From: Oopsacas minuta
Lineage: Eukaryota > Animalia > Porifera
DNA length: 64,000 bases
Reading direction: 5' to 3'
Assembly (NCBI GenBank): GCA_024704765.1
Contig: JAKMXF010000351.1
Coordinates: 62,001 to 126,000, forward strand
The translations under genes were made by a program, and so were the position numbers. This document shows positions 47,400-60,030 of this stretch, piece by piece. Position 1 is the first letter of the stretch; each line of letters opens with the position of its first letter. The notes under the pieces are model-generated. The model was not told the DNA's origin, searched no databases, and was given only the letters and a program-made list of their open reading frames with translations.

Positions 47400-48016
47400 T
47401 CAAATGAATTTACTCTCAAGCCGATCTAGCTTAGAATCAATGTTAGTCAAAATCTCCAATTTCTTATCTTCTTTCTCTAAAATTGCACGTTTGGTCGATT
47501 CCAATTCGTCATTTTCCAAACGATGACGTTTTCTTGGGGCTGGTTGGAAAAACTTTATTTGTTCAATATCTTCAGAGGGAACTGGGCTTATCAGCATCCT
47601 TTCAGTTTCCTCATTTGCACATTGAGATTCAAGAGAGAGATCGATACCCGATTCAATGCCTTCAAAAGCTTCCTTTCCTTTCATGCTACTGATTTTAGCT
47701 TCTATTTCATCTAAATCAGCATCTGCAGGACCTCCAGTTTTTCTTGCTGATGCTAACTTATCTGCAATACGAGGCTTATGTTTTGTTAGTATATTATACC
47801 ATGTTTTCATGACATCATCTCTTGTTCTTACATTCCCATGTAATTCAGACAGTCTCCCTGAAATTTCTTCCCAGATTTTGTTCTTATCATCTATAGTCAG
47901 AGTTGATGTTAGAGCTCCGAACAATTTCGATTTTTGATCATGAATGGGATTCACGAGTGACATTATCTCCTCCAGAGTAAAATTCTTTGAACGGGTTTTC
48001 GATTTTCAGTGGTCAT
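47400..48016 (-). CDS. Harbinger Myb/SANT-like DNA-binding protein (1-bp frameshift near the start)
   Basis: RSKNFTLEEIMSLV...KNKIWEEISGRL...RTRDDVMKTWYNI, followed by an acidic linker and a coiled C-terminus. Confidence 0.75.
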
Positions 48017-50058
48017 AATGCGAACGATTGTTAAGATATTATCATAATTAATTGACATTTTATTTTTATTTATACTTATCACTAAAGATGAAGAATATAC
48101 GTAAATGAATAAAATTGCATAGATTGCGTATATTTTACAGGACGTCACTCAAATAACATTGACTTTATTTACCTTAGTTTAGATACAACACTATTATGTT
48201 TCAAAATATTTGGGATATAAATACATAAATACATTTATTGATGTCATAATGCAATTCAGAGTGACATCAAGAAATTGTATCTGAATATAGTTGGTATGAA
48301 ATTCGACTATAGTTCTATGCTGCGGGTATTACAACATGTGGATGTGATAATCAAACATATTGTCTTATGCGATAAACAATCTTCTTTGTAAAAAATGCAT
48401 ATTTATTATAATTTCATAGAAAAGTAGAATAAATTATAAGTTAAGTGTCCTCTTTACCTCACTAAATATTTTTCTTAGAATTGTTCGAATTCTTAGAATT
48501 ATTCTAAGAATTGAGTCGTATTCTAAGAATTTCACTTAAATTAAGCAAAATTCTAAGAATTCGACTTAAGAATTTTAGTTAATACCACTTTTATAAATTC
48601 TAAGAATAAGACTTAAGTGTTGGGAAATTCTAAGAATTAGTCTAATTCTAAGAATTTGGTTTAAGAATTTTAGTTAATAAGGCCCCTGGTCGTGATGCTG
48701 CTGCTTGTCAGTATGCTTCACAGGTCAAACTGATGTATCAGGCCCTGAAGTTGTAACAACAGGCTTTGAGCATAATTGCACGTCGCGAAGCGATCGAAGA
48801 TACTATCGTAGAGCTAACTTCTGATGGAAAGGAATTTGCCGCTTATACTTTCCGACAAAGAGCTGGAATCTCTCATGAAGCTATAAGTTCAACAGTAGTC
48901 TTTCCTATTGCACACATACACTTATACTTACGTATGCTTGATTGGTTCCTGAATATTTTATCTGATAGCAGCAGGAAGACGTGACTGGGCTGATCATGTA
49001 AATATTTGGATAAGCCATAAACTGATTTCACAACGGATTATAGAATTTACGAATATTCATTTTGAGGAGCCTTGAGGAAGTGGGAACACTAGCACTGGTA
49101 TCCTGTTCGTTTGTTCTTTTCTGATAATCTCCATTTTCAAATAGTACTCGCCTTTTTACCTCGAGAAGACATTGAAAATCTTCTGCTCTTCTTCGTGTAA
49201 CTAATTCCTCTCAGAACTTCACTGTTACTAACCTCAAGGCACTATGAGAAGAAATATATTTCTTCCCGTTAGATCATTACCCCTGGGTTTCAATAACCAC
49301 AGTGCATAAATCTCTAGCACATACCTATTAATTTATAGAACTGAATGATAATCGTGCCCTTAAAAGATTCTCTGAAGAATGTTTGGAACAGGCACCCATA
49401 AGCTAAATACGCAGGTTTAGTGAGTATCCATCGCGAAAATCAAATTTTCTTCAAGAAATGAAAGACATATTCCCCCGAATATACGTAGTAGGACAAACAG
49501 TACTCAATGAGAAGTTTCCTAAGTGTCTCAAATGTGAGAAAATTGGAGAGTTGTGACATCAACGAGGTTGTAAAGCGAAGATAAGCTGCGACAGTTCAGA
49601 TATTGATTCTATTGTCAAACACTTGCTGGAATTTATTGATAATGTTTAAAAATATAGTAACATTATAATAAGTTAGAGTGTATTTTGTGAGTCATGTAAA
49701 TATTAGACGATTTATAAATTACATCAAATAGTAACATTTTAGCTTGACACCCATAGTAACTAAAAGTATAGAATGGAAAGTTATATATTTTCGCATTATT
49801 CACATTATATAACCCATAATTATGCTATATCATCACAAATTTAGAACATAGAAAATTAATTAAATTTCACAAAAATTTGTTTTTAATGATAAAAGTAGCA
49901 TTAGAACTACGCCCAGTATAAGTTTGATAGTATTTTGAATGATGAAATTATATTGATAGGAATTTATATTGGGTGAACAAACAAGATTTCAAAAGGCCCG
50001 AAAATTCACATAATTTGGAGTGTCTATGGGATATTACACACTCGGATGTACCATTAAC

Positions 50059-50193
50059 TTGGCAAATGAATTCAATTATTTTGGCAACTGAACTGAAAAT
50101 TCAACTATTCTGGCAAATGAATTCAATTATTTTGGCAACTGAACTGAAGATTCAATTATTTTGGCAAACGAATTCAATTAATTTGGCAAATGT
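50059..50193. repeat. 51-bp tandem repeat, ~2.5 units
   Basis: TGGCAAATGAATTCAATTATTTTGGCAACTGAACTGAA(A/G)ATTCAA(C/T)TATT repeated; the repetitive ORF 49973-50197 is a by-product. Confidence 0.8.
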
Positions 50194-50394
50194 TTAAAAT
50201 TATACGCTCTTTATATTGGTATCATTTCAACATTTCCCTTTGTAGAGTGTGGATTCATATACTCAGACCAGAATGTTAAAAAATGTATAGAAACATTATT
50301 AACATTAGTAACTTCTAGGTTGGGTTCTAAACAGTTAATAGTTACTAGGAAGTAATTCTAAAATAGAAAATATGATTAATTACTAGATATTGTT

Positions 50395-50691
50395 CTACAT
50401 TAATGAATAACAAGTCCCTCTTTTGGGCCTGCCTGGATTTTTCTTCGCTGATTTTACGAAAGTGGTTACATTTGGGTGGGCGTCCATTTTCTTATTCAAT
50501 AATCCATAAGCGATAACACGAGAACATGCTTTGTAGTGCATATAGCTGGGACAAGTGCAGGAATACTGAACTTTGTATCCACAAGATTCATCTAAGGATT
50601 CTGTAATGACATAGAAACCTTCTCTTTCTAAAATAAAGGAATCAAGATCTGTATATTGATCCACATGTAGAGACGCAGATTTATATTTCAA
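50395..50691 (-). pseudogene. SWIM zinc finger plus AT-hook, likely a MULE transposase C-terminal remnant
   Basis: YSCTCPSYMHYKACSRVIAY (CxCxnCxH with the His lost) and NPGRPKR. Confidence 0.6.
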
Positions 50692-51646
50692 AAATAAGTC
50701 GGTAACTTCTTGTATATATTCTTCCGAAGAAAAGTATAAAAGTTGTAACCTTCTACATGGGATGACAAATTGCTTTCGAGAGGTACCATAACTTAATTGT
50801 CACCCTGTACTACTATATCGATGCCATAGTTACAAGTTGTAGTCAAAATAGAATAAACGCAATCTGAACCCAGGAATATTAGATTGGAGACTGTTAGTAA
50901 GATTAAATAAAGATTTTCTCCTGTCAGAACCCAGAAATATAGTTTGGACTGCATCCACTATATTTATTACAACTTGGTTCCTGTGAGAACCAACGGGATT
51001 AGTTGGGAAGCTGCTAGTTAGGGAAATTTTTTTGACACTTGACAGGTCCCAGGGATGTTAGCTTCGAGTAAATTAACTGATTGAATAGTACCTGTTTTCG
51101 TTAGTACCAACTAATCTTAGTGCTATAAGTGTTCCTTATTGAAACATAGAATTTGTCCATTAAATGTTGATCCAGGAGGAGTAGACTGATTCAGGAATAT
51201 CCATGCCAAGTAAAATCATAATTTCAATCTAATATATTTCTTCTTTCTCTTTTTAAATGTTCGGGTGAAAATACAGGATACTCCTACTAAAAGGCCCCTC
51301 ATAACACCTAAGAGACTATATAATATCGTGGTATTTCAATCAATATCCACAGCAATTGTTTTGGACTTCAGTCACTTGGATTGATGAATATATCAATCAA
51401 ATACCAACAAGGTATACGAAACGTTTGAAAGAAGAGAGAGATGTATAATTTTTGTGTATGTCTAAGATACAGCAGTCCGGAATAGACAGAACCGATCGGG
51501 TTCAGGTCGGTCTTGTGAGGTTGTCAAGTGTGGTCTGGACGGTCCAAATTCACAAACTAACGGTCTGGACAGTTCCAGACGTCCAGAAAACTATAGGACG
51601 GCCCTTTCCGATCCATGAAATTGCAGGACACGCTGCACTATAGGTG

Positions 51647-51705
51647 CATGTGTCTGTGTCTGTGTCTGTGTATGTGTATGTGTGTGTATGTGTAAGTGTG
51701 TGTTT
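51647..51705. repeat. (TG)/(TGTGTC)/(TATGTG) microsatellite
   Basis: Visible simple repeat. Confidence 0.85.
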
Positions 51706-51949
51706 CTAAAATTTGTGTAACATAATATTTGAACATTTTAGGGGATTTTCCCCTGCCAAAAAGATAATTCAAACATACGCAATATAATCAAATATTAGCT
51801 CTTACAAAACTAAGTGCAAATAAATGGGAACAAACGTGAGAAAACATGTACTTATTGCTTAGTATTACGTATATATAAATCTGACGAATTTGGAAATACA
51901 CAATATTTCATATTGAAATCAAAATATGAATTTTCGAGTCTAGTATATT

Positions 51950-53560
51950 GATCCCATGCCTGGAGGGTTTCGGAAGCAGTTTACTGCAAACATGTGCTGA
52001 AAACATGTTATAACTTGAGAGATATTTTATAATATATACCATATTTCCTTGAAAAGTAACCAGGTGAATATTAATTCCATTTGCCACATTCATTACCCAT
52101 TTGATGTCGAAATAATTCATTTATAGAATTTTTCCCGAACGGGGACCCAGCGAATATCTGCAAGTGACCTCAATCCTTTTGCCACTGTGGAGAATATCGA
52201 CATGATAATGAAGATCTTGGTGGGTTTGTCCAGATCTGATCCATGTTGCAAATAGAATCTATAAATATAAGGTTGGGAGTGAAGACAAGCATTTTGAATA
52301 TGCGATTTCGCGCTCATATAATGAATTGAGGAAAACTCTAAAAATAATAAATAAATTGCATTTCAAAAATATTACCCCTTGTCGACGAAGAGTGACAATC
52401 AAATTCTTTAACATCTTCAATCGGTCGCGTTCACTCCCTAGTATATTGTATCACTTAATTCGTCTATACTATAACTTGACTTATTATCAACCCATAGAAG
52501 AACACCAGAGAAATACCTGTATATATTACAAGTTGAGAAATTTGCATTGTAATAATATAGTGTTAATTATAGATTGGTTGCAAAAGCTATGTTTGAATAG
52601 AAACCTCTGGTCTTCAATGAACTATCGAAGCTGATAGTAATGTTGATTGCGTTGGTTCATGGGATGACTCACAGTCTACTCGTTGTTGTAGCTGTTTGAC
52701 TGCATCAGACATAGCGGTTGAAATACAAAAGTGGTAACAACTTCTAGACGGTTTAAATGCCAAAGAGGGCATGCATTGAAGTAATGGAGGCACTCGACGA
52801 CATACCAGTTTAGAGTACAGCAGTTATAGATCTCATAGTAACTTCATTCATATCTCTTGGTGTAAAAGGCACATTGACACAGGTATTGTGGTTAGTATGA
52901 CGAGAGAGGTTGAGGAAGGGAAGGTAGCATGTTCTTTATGACATCTATCGCATTTGACTCTGAAGAAATTCTGCCAGCTACGAGTCCGACTTTCTTCATA
53001 TTGGGTAAGACTGCTAATACAGTCATTGTAACGGAACGAAGAGAATACCTCGGCTAGGATGCCCACACCAATGACTCTCATGCCAGTTGGTATGTGTGCA
53101 TCTCTCTCTGATTCTCCTTGAGCTGAACGTAGTAACATAGGTTTAGAACGGGTCTTTGGTGGCATCCTGAGTTTAGCAGTGTAGCATCTGAATGGGAGAA
53201 TCTTTCTATTTCTTTAGGACGCTTCGGATAGAGTGCTGTTATCGAATCCTGTGCAGCTGTAGGGCTAGGTTTGCGATCCGTAACGTTTTACCTTGGAAAA
53301 ATTGCTGCTTCTTTCGAGGAGAGGAGCTGGGACCTTTGGAAATATGAAGTCAGATTGTTCAGATGTTACTTCATGAGACAATCCAAGAGAGAAGAACGCT
53401 TGACAAATCCATGGAGAGGTTGGACTAACCGCTGTTTAGAGTGTTATAGGTTTTGGTAGAGGGGAACATCTAGGAGAAATTGTATCCAGGGGAGGCACAG
53501 GAGGTAAGAAAATACTAAACAAATCCTCTAAATCGCTCGAATCTGTCGAATCTGATATGG
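51950..53560 (-). pseudogene. Second Kolobok-like transposase remnant
   Basis: ORF 52848-53165 (TGMRVIGVGILAEVFSS...FFRVKCDRC...FPSS) is similar at the DNA level to 8300-8530, and 53270-53460 to 8730-8850. Confidence 0.55.
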
Positions 53561-56474
53561 GTGTGTCCAGTGGCATCCTGCTGTGGGAGCGGATGGGAGC
53601 ACCGCTCCCATACTTGTTTTAACTAATCAAATTGGCAAGTCAGAAATACTTCACATGTTACTGAATTTGTGTACCTAATATCTACAGTAGCATAAAATCA
53701 ATATTTGAAATAAATTGAAATTTGTTCCAAATATAATTAAGTCGAGTTGAGAGAGCAAATGTTTACTTTATAGCGTCGTGAATATATTGTACTTGTTTGA
53801 AGAACAATGGGAAGTTTTACCTCAACTACGTATTATTTTATCCGAATCTAGCCGTTAATCGTAAACAAATATCTATTTCAACTGATTCTTTTAATTGAGT
53901 AATAATTAAGTTATAAGCAACGTGTTCTGGAATGTAGGATGTATAAAGTGATTAGTTATAATATCCTGAGCCCCATAAACAAGAAGAAATTTGGAAGTAT
54001 TATTAGTTTAATAATTTTGGATACTCAATCACTTATTAGAACTCTATTTTCAGATTTACTACTAAACCTTTGATATTATTCATACTTATCATATTAATTC
54101 AATTCAGCTATATTGTTTGAATTTTGATTAGAAAATAGGATATATTCAATTGAATTTGAAATTTGAAATACCACTCCCATGCTTAAAATTAGAGCAGGAC
54201 ATCCTGGGTGTGTCACCAGCCTATCTGAAAATATGTTCTTCATAAGTTGAATCGCTTGAGTCATCTGAGACATTGCTAATTATCAAATAATTTACTGTAC
54301 TGACAGGGAAAATTTATTAGGAACATAATCGGGAGAAAGTTCCAATAATTGTAATCACATACTTGCCACCTGTCTTGAATTTATCTGGACTTCCGGTCTT
54401 AGTCCAATGTCCCGCCAAAATTAGGAATTGTCCGAATCTGTTGATCAGTCTAATGAAAACATACTACTTCCCGATAATTCCCTCTAAGGGGCAGTTCAAC
54501 ATCATTTTACGCAAAATTTGCTTTTTGACCGTTTTGTAATATAAAATGAATGGGGATGTTACACTCTGCTGTGGATACCACCCTCTCCTTAACAGAGTTA
54601 CTTAAACGTTTGAACAAGTCCACATTCTTATAATCTTCTGTCCACTCTTCTCTTAGCTCATTTTACAAATAAGTAGTATGCGATAATTGGGTGTTCATTA
54701 TTTAATTACTTAAGTTGTGCACATATTTCACTGCTAGTATTCTTTGCTGACTTAACTCTTGCCTAAAAATTTAAAAATTGAGCGTGTATATAAATCCGTA
54801 AATTTTTAGTTCTGAAAATAAGTATGAATATTTTGCGGAACCATTCCGCTAAATTCCGTAATAGGAAAACCCAGATTCCTTGAATGATTATGTTCCGTTC
54901 AGTAAACTACCTATATCTGAACAGAGAACTTTAGACACTAAATCGGAAAAATTTGACAAAGTTGCGATCATTTTACTATATACGTCGAAGTCTATGGGAA
55001 TATATTGCAATACTGAATGAAGCCAAATTATTTTCCATGTATTTACGATGCAAATGCATACCCCTCTCACACGTTCAACATTTCTATGAGTTTGTATTTT
55101 ATGTTTCACAGAAATTAAATCTTATGGTTTACTGTTTGCATTATAAGAAATACTCGACCGAGTCCAGTAGTATTTGTTCGAAAATGAAGTGGGGGACGCT
55201 CCTAAACATATTAATAGGCCTGGGCATCCTGCATGGACTCCCAGTACACCCCTGATACTAAACTACGTCCATGACTAATCACTATATTTAAGGGAAGTAC
55301 AACATTTCGCTCCAGAGCATATCTTAAGCACACTGTTCCCTCTAATTTTCTTGGGAAATATGATGGGGATACAGTCAAATTCCAGGGGTACAACCAAAAA
55401 TCCGGTGATACAGACTAAAATATTATACATTTCAGGCAATTTTCCTGGTGATCAAACATATTCAAGCGAAAATTCCGGAATAGTAAGGTGTAAAAATGGG
55501 AACACTGCGGGTTACCTGTCAAGCTTTAACTGGTCTGCACGGACCAGTTATGGATGCTGCAACCGTAGGCGGAGTAATATTCCTATTACAATGTTGGTTA
55601 TCATACACTAGTTTGTAATACTATTGGATAGTTGAGGTATTTAGAATATTAGTCTTCATACGTGTCCTAAAAGTGGCTCCATTAATCATAACTTAGTTTA
55701 GTTAGTTTCATGACCTCTCTTTGTAAAACAGTATAGGAAATAACATAAAATAAAAGCTCGTAGAAATACTGAACGTGTGTGCGTAGTAGGCATAAGCAAA
55801 GTGAATACAGCTAATTTGGCTTCATTCAGTTATTGCAATATATACCATAAACTTTGGCTTATATAGTAAAATGATTGCAACCTTGTCAAATTATGGCCGA
55901 TTTTAGTGTACTAAAGTTCTTTGTTCATTATTCCACGGCTCTATGACTTCAAAATAACCCCTAGCGTCGATTAAAAAGGAGTCACCTTCCGGTACAAGAC
56001 ACTAGTTATACTACCACATTTGATATTTAGCACTTAAATAGCCCCAAATAATTTATTTTCCCAATATTGGCAAATTTCTAGGAAAGCCTTTTGATTTTGA
56101 CTTCCCAGACTAATTTCCACTGTTATTCTGTGCGCAAATATATCCCTCCAAAAATGTTATTGAAAAGGTTGACCTACATACTCCATCAGATTTGGACGTA
56201 CAGGTACAAACTTTGGTTCTATCGAGAGCACTGATTATTCGCCTCAACTCGTAAAACGAATTAGCAAGGCAATCGCTTATGAATGCCTTATTATATTTTC
56301 GGCATAAGCCTTACTCTTCCACATTTCATAATAGGCATATTGTTAATAATTCCTATCCCATAATCCGTGTGAGTCCGATTTTTGACAGTTGATATAGGCA
56401 GCAATTATCTCTTCTTTTGCATTAGATCTAATTTATAATTTTCCGCAACGAATTTTTCTAAGTCTTTTGATGAT

Positions 56475-57815
56475 ATGAGCATTACATCTCAGTTTTTATT
56501 TACTGATGAACCAGCACCATATGGTACCCGATTCCGTTATGTGAGTGAGGGAACCTGCCATGGTCCCATTCTTGGACAATCATCAATTCAAGGGAATAGA
56601 ACTCATCCGAATGTAACTTGTATCGGGAATTTTCAGGATGGCCTAAAGGCAATTTTGCTAGTTTCACTTGTATCAGATGTTTCAAGAGATCCCTTAACAT
56701 ATGGCATGCACGGACATACATTTTTTGGAAAAAATGTGTATAATGGCCAATATATTGCACAGCTTACTGCATCTGATTCAAAATTTAATCACCAACTACA
56801 AGGTGTTACTGTCATACACACTAAAAGTTCTGACAAGAATAGCATACTATCAGGGAAGTATATCCAAGACATTATTCTTAGTCGACGAGGTATCTGTGAC
56901 TACTCTAGATTAATGAAACTTCACAATAGTACTTGTACAACCATGCAGCTAAATTTACAATGGTTACAGACGGAATACCCAGAATTTGTATCGGATTCAA
57001 AAATTGCAGCTTCAAATGTTCAATATCTTGCCAACCAGGTCCGACTAAAATTTGATTTGTTTATTCAGGATGAATACACTGGCTTGTATACTAATCCCCC
57101 TAAAACAATTTTATCGCAAGTTGTCCACAATACTAGGGACAAAGAACATAAACCATTACATATTCAGAGGTCTAGCCGTAGTTCAGGTTCTACGATGGGT
57201 GGAGAAGAGATATTTCTATTTTGTGATGAATTTATTCCAAGAGACTTAGAAGTAGTCTTTTATAGTGAAGAATATCCTGGTCAAATTATTGGATATGGGA
57301 AATTTTCTCCTGCTGATATTCATAATAAATGTGGAATTGTTTTTAAAACTCCCCCTTTGTTACATTCTATCAATATTCCATTGCGTACGAATTTTTGTTT
57401 GAAACGTGGGGAAATGTCAAGTAATTGTTTTAATTTTCTTTTTAATCCGTTAATCCAACATAATGTTCCATTTCAAGATTTTGGATCTTTATATTCTGAA
57501 CCAATTTTTTCCCCATTGAAAACTCTACCATGGAAATCTGACTCTCCTGGTAAAATTCATCCGCAAGAAATGCCGATGGAGAGTTTCCCATCTGCTCAAT
57601 TAATCAATACACACGAGTATCAAAATTACGATCATTATTCTCAAGATATTAATCCTAACAATAGTAGCCATTATTCCCCGTTCTTGTCCAAAATAAGTCA
57701 AGTATCTGGCTTGGAAAATCAGTCTAATCCTTTCATTTCAAATTTCGAAAATCTGCCAGTATCTAATAATCTACAGCTTTATCCCGATCCTAACTTGTAT
57801 AATAATCCCCTTTGA
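56475..57815 (+). CDS. NF-kB/Rel-homology-domain transcription factor lacking ankyrin repeats
   Basis: 446-aa ORF. RHD recognition loop PAPYGTRFRYVSEGTCHGPILG and IPT domain SGSTMGGEEIFLFCD...IHNKCGIVFKTPP, followed by a P/S/N/Q-rich tail. Confidence 0.88.
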   Translation: MSITSQFLFTDEPAPYGTRFRYVSEGTCHGPILGQSSIQGNRTHPNVTCIGNFQDGLKAILLVSLVSDVSRDPLTYGMHGHTFFGKNVYNGQYIAQLTASDSKFNHQLQGVTVIHTKSSDKNSILSGKYIQDIILSRRGICDYSRLMKLHNSTCTTMQLNLQWLQTEYPEFVSDSKIAASNVQYLANQVRLKFDLFIQDEYTGLYTNPPKTILSQVVHNTRDKEHKPLHIQRSSRSSGSTMGGEEIFLFCDEFIPRDLEVVFYSEEYPGQIIGYGKFSPADIHNKCGIVFKTPPLLHSINIPLRTNFCLKRGEMSSNCFNFLFNPLIQHNVPFQDFGSLYSEPIFSPLKTLPWKSDSPGKIHPQEMPMESFPSAQLINTHEYQNYDHYSQDINPNNSSHYSPFLSKISQVSGLENQSNPFISNFENLPVSNNLQLYPDPNLYNNPL

Positions 57816-59789
57816 AATTATTTATTCCATGCAGTTACATTGAATTAATTTACCATTGCAAGGGTATTCTATCTTGTTATAATACGATATTTACTGATTT
57901 TTCCATTTACATATTCTCAAGCGAATCAAGCTTTACGTTGAAGATGATGTTTAGAATTCTACATATTATTATAGGAAGCCTGTAAGAATGTGGATTTTAT
58001 GTTGTTTGTTTGTCATATTTGACAATTTTTTTACTTTTCATTTATTCAGTATTTTGCTTCAATCAATTTATATACAACTATCGCCCTTCGCTTGATAGGT
58101 CTTTGCGCGAGATGCAGTCATATACTCAGCACTTCATTCTTCAAGAGTTAGTCTAAGTCGTGACCTACGTCAGATAGGGCCCAGGCATTATATCAACAAT
58201 TGTAACCAGGGTAATGCAGGGCCGGACTAAGGTAGTTTTGGGGCCCTATGCTAATTTCTGATGGGCGCAATTCACAAAATTATTCATAAATAATCGGAAG
58301 TATGGAAACCGTTTAATTTGCAGGTGGTCGATCTTTAATCTTTACTACTACATAGTTGTAAACTTTAGCAAATATTTATCAGTGAGATTTCCTTAGGAAC
58401 AGTTGGATTTCTGAAGTTTTTGATATGAAATGGATGGCTGATAGGAATTTTACCCCTCATAATAGCGTATTAGTTTATTTGGTTATGGACCACTCTTATA
58501 ACTACGAATTCTCCAAAACAATCTAAAGTGAGATCAATATGAAAGCGAAATTGTGCGCAAATCCGTGAGACTTGGCAACTATGCCACTATCATAATTATT
58601 TTTACCATTGTATGTATTATTGTATTCAACAAACAGTCCACTCTTATAATTGGTTCATGTTTTGAATTAAATATCTATTAGAACTTAGCATATGGCTTCC
58701 CACAGAGATAAAAAGAGATAATATTCTAATATTAGACATATACCACTTTCTTTGCACCTCTTTCAAGGATATTAGATTAGATACTTATACAACCTGTGTA
58801 TGTTCAACTAATATAGTATTAAATAAATCACTGCACAAGGTCTTGCTTATAGGAGGTAACAAGTTATTGAATTTTCAAATGCCAAACATTAAATAACCTC
58901 ATGCCAGATCCTACGGAAAAATAATTATTCGCTCGATTATGTAAATTTTAGTGAAGGATTTAGATCATACTCTAGTAATTATCTTCAAAGTTTTTCAAAC
59001 AAAATCCAGCATTTAGCAAGTAAGGTTCATGCACTTCCAAACATCTTTATATGAACATTGAGGTATATCTTTGGGAAAATGCTATTTTTCCTCAAGGCGA
59101 CTATAACAAATGTCATATAGTGAGACTATTTTGGTTGGAGATAAAATATTCCAAATGGATGTATACTCAATTAAATGTGCACGATTATAGCATCAAACTA
59201 AGGTTCTGTATTTGAATGGAAATATACCAAGAATTCATCTTATTGATCTTTAGTAATCCGTAAAAATAATAGAACCAATAGAGGAATGGTAAAACTGACA
59301 TTTTCGAATTTACAGTCATATTAAAAACAAGTACATCTAGTGAACATGGGCACATTAGAGGGTGTACTTTGAGGAGACCAGGATAACAATTATCACATAC
59401 TTTCCAATCATCCAAGTGAACCCTGGATAATCTCGGGGATTTGACTTATGATCCAGGAGAAAAATTTGTAAATCCAGTGAATATATTGATTATTTATGGG
59501 ATTTTTTTCTCATCGAGTGGTATTTTTGTACAATATATTTAAGTTCAGATTGATTATGTTGACATGTTCCTGAGTTTTGAGTGGACCAAATATAGCACAT
59601 TTACATCCGCCAATAAACTTTCAACCTCTCATGATATGGCCAAATTACTTAGCCAATATGCTGTACATACCGGACTTACCGAACCCTTACATCCACTCAG
59701 AGATGTAGCGGTCCAGTCCATCCGCTTTTCCTCAAGTGCGGTCTGGACCAGTAACGAGTTCAATTCATGAATGGAATTGAGATTTTTGT

Positions 59790-60030
59790 TTCAAGTTCCA
59801 TTTCCATTCAGAATGGGAATGGGAATTAAAGTGCTGAGAATGGGAAATAATTCTCATCCCAAGGAATGGGAATAGGAATTAAGTCATTAATTCCCAGTAG
59901 TAAAGGACTGCAAATGGGATTAATTCCAATTCTAAAGGATTTTGATGGGACTTAATTGAATAATTAAGAGAATCAAAGGGCTGTAAACGAGAATTGAGCA
60001 CTTTTGAAGAATAGAAAATGGGAATTTAGG
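59790..60030. repeat. GAATGGGAAT-rich dispersed repeat, second copy at ~62115-62300
   Basis: Shared blocks CTGAGAATGGG, CAAGGAATGGGAAT and AATTAAGTC(A/T)TT in the same order at both loci; probably MITE-derived. Confidence 0.6.

Larger units (their letters stand above)
43522..48686. mobile_element. PIF/Harbinger element with transposase (+) and Myb/SANT gene (-) in convergent orientation
   Basis: TIRs GGGGCCTTATTAA(T/C)TAAAA with AAGAATT-rich subterminal repeats and the two-gene layout. The TSD is not clearly preserved. Confidence 0.85.

Noticed and set aside
54888-55611. Cluster of short ORFs as a possible gene upstream of the NF-kB-like gene
   Set aside because: No frame gives a recognisable domain or a consistent exon chain.
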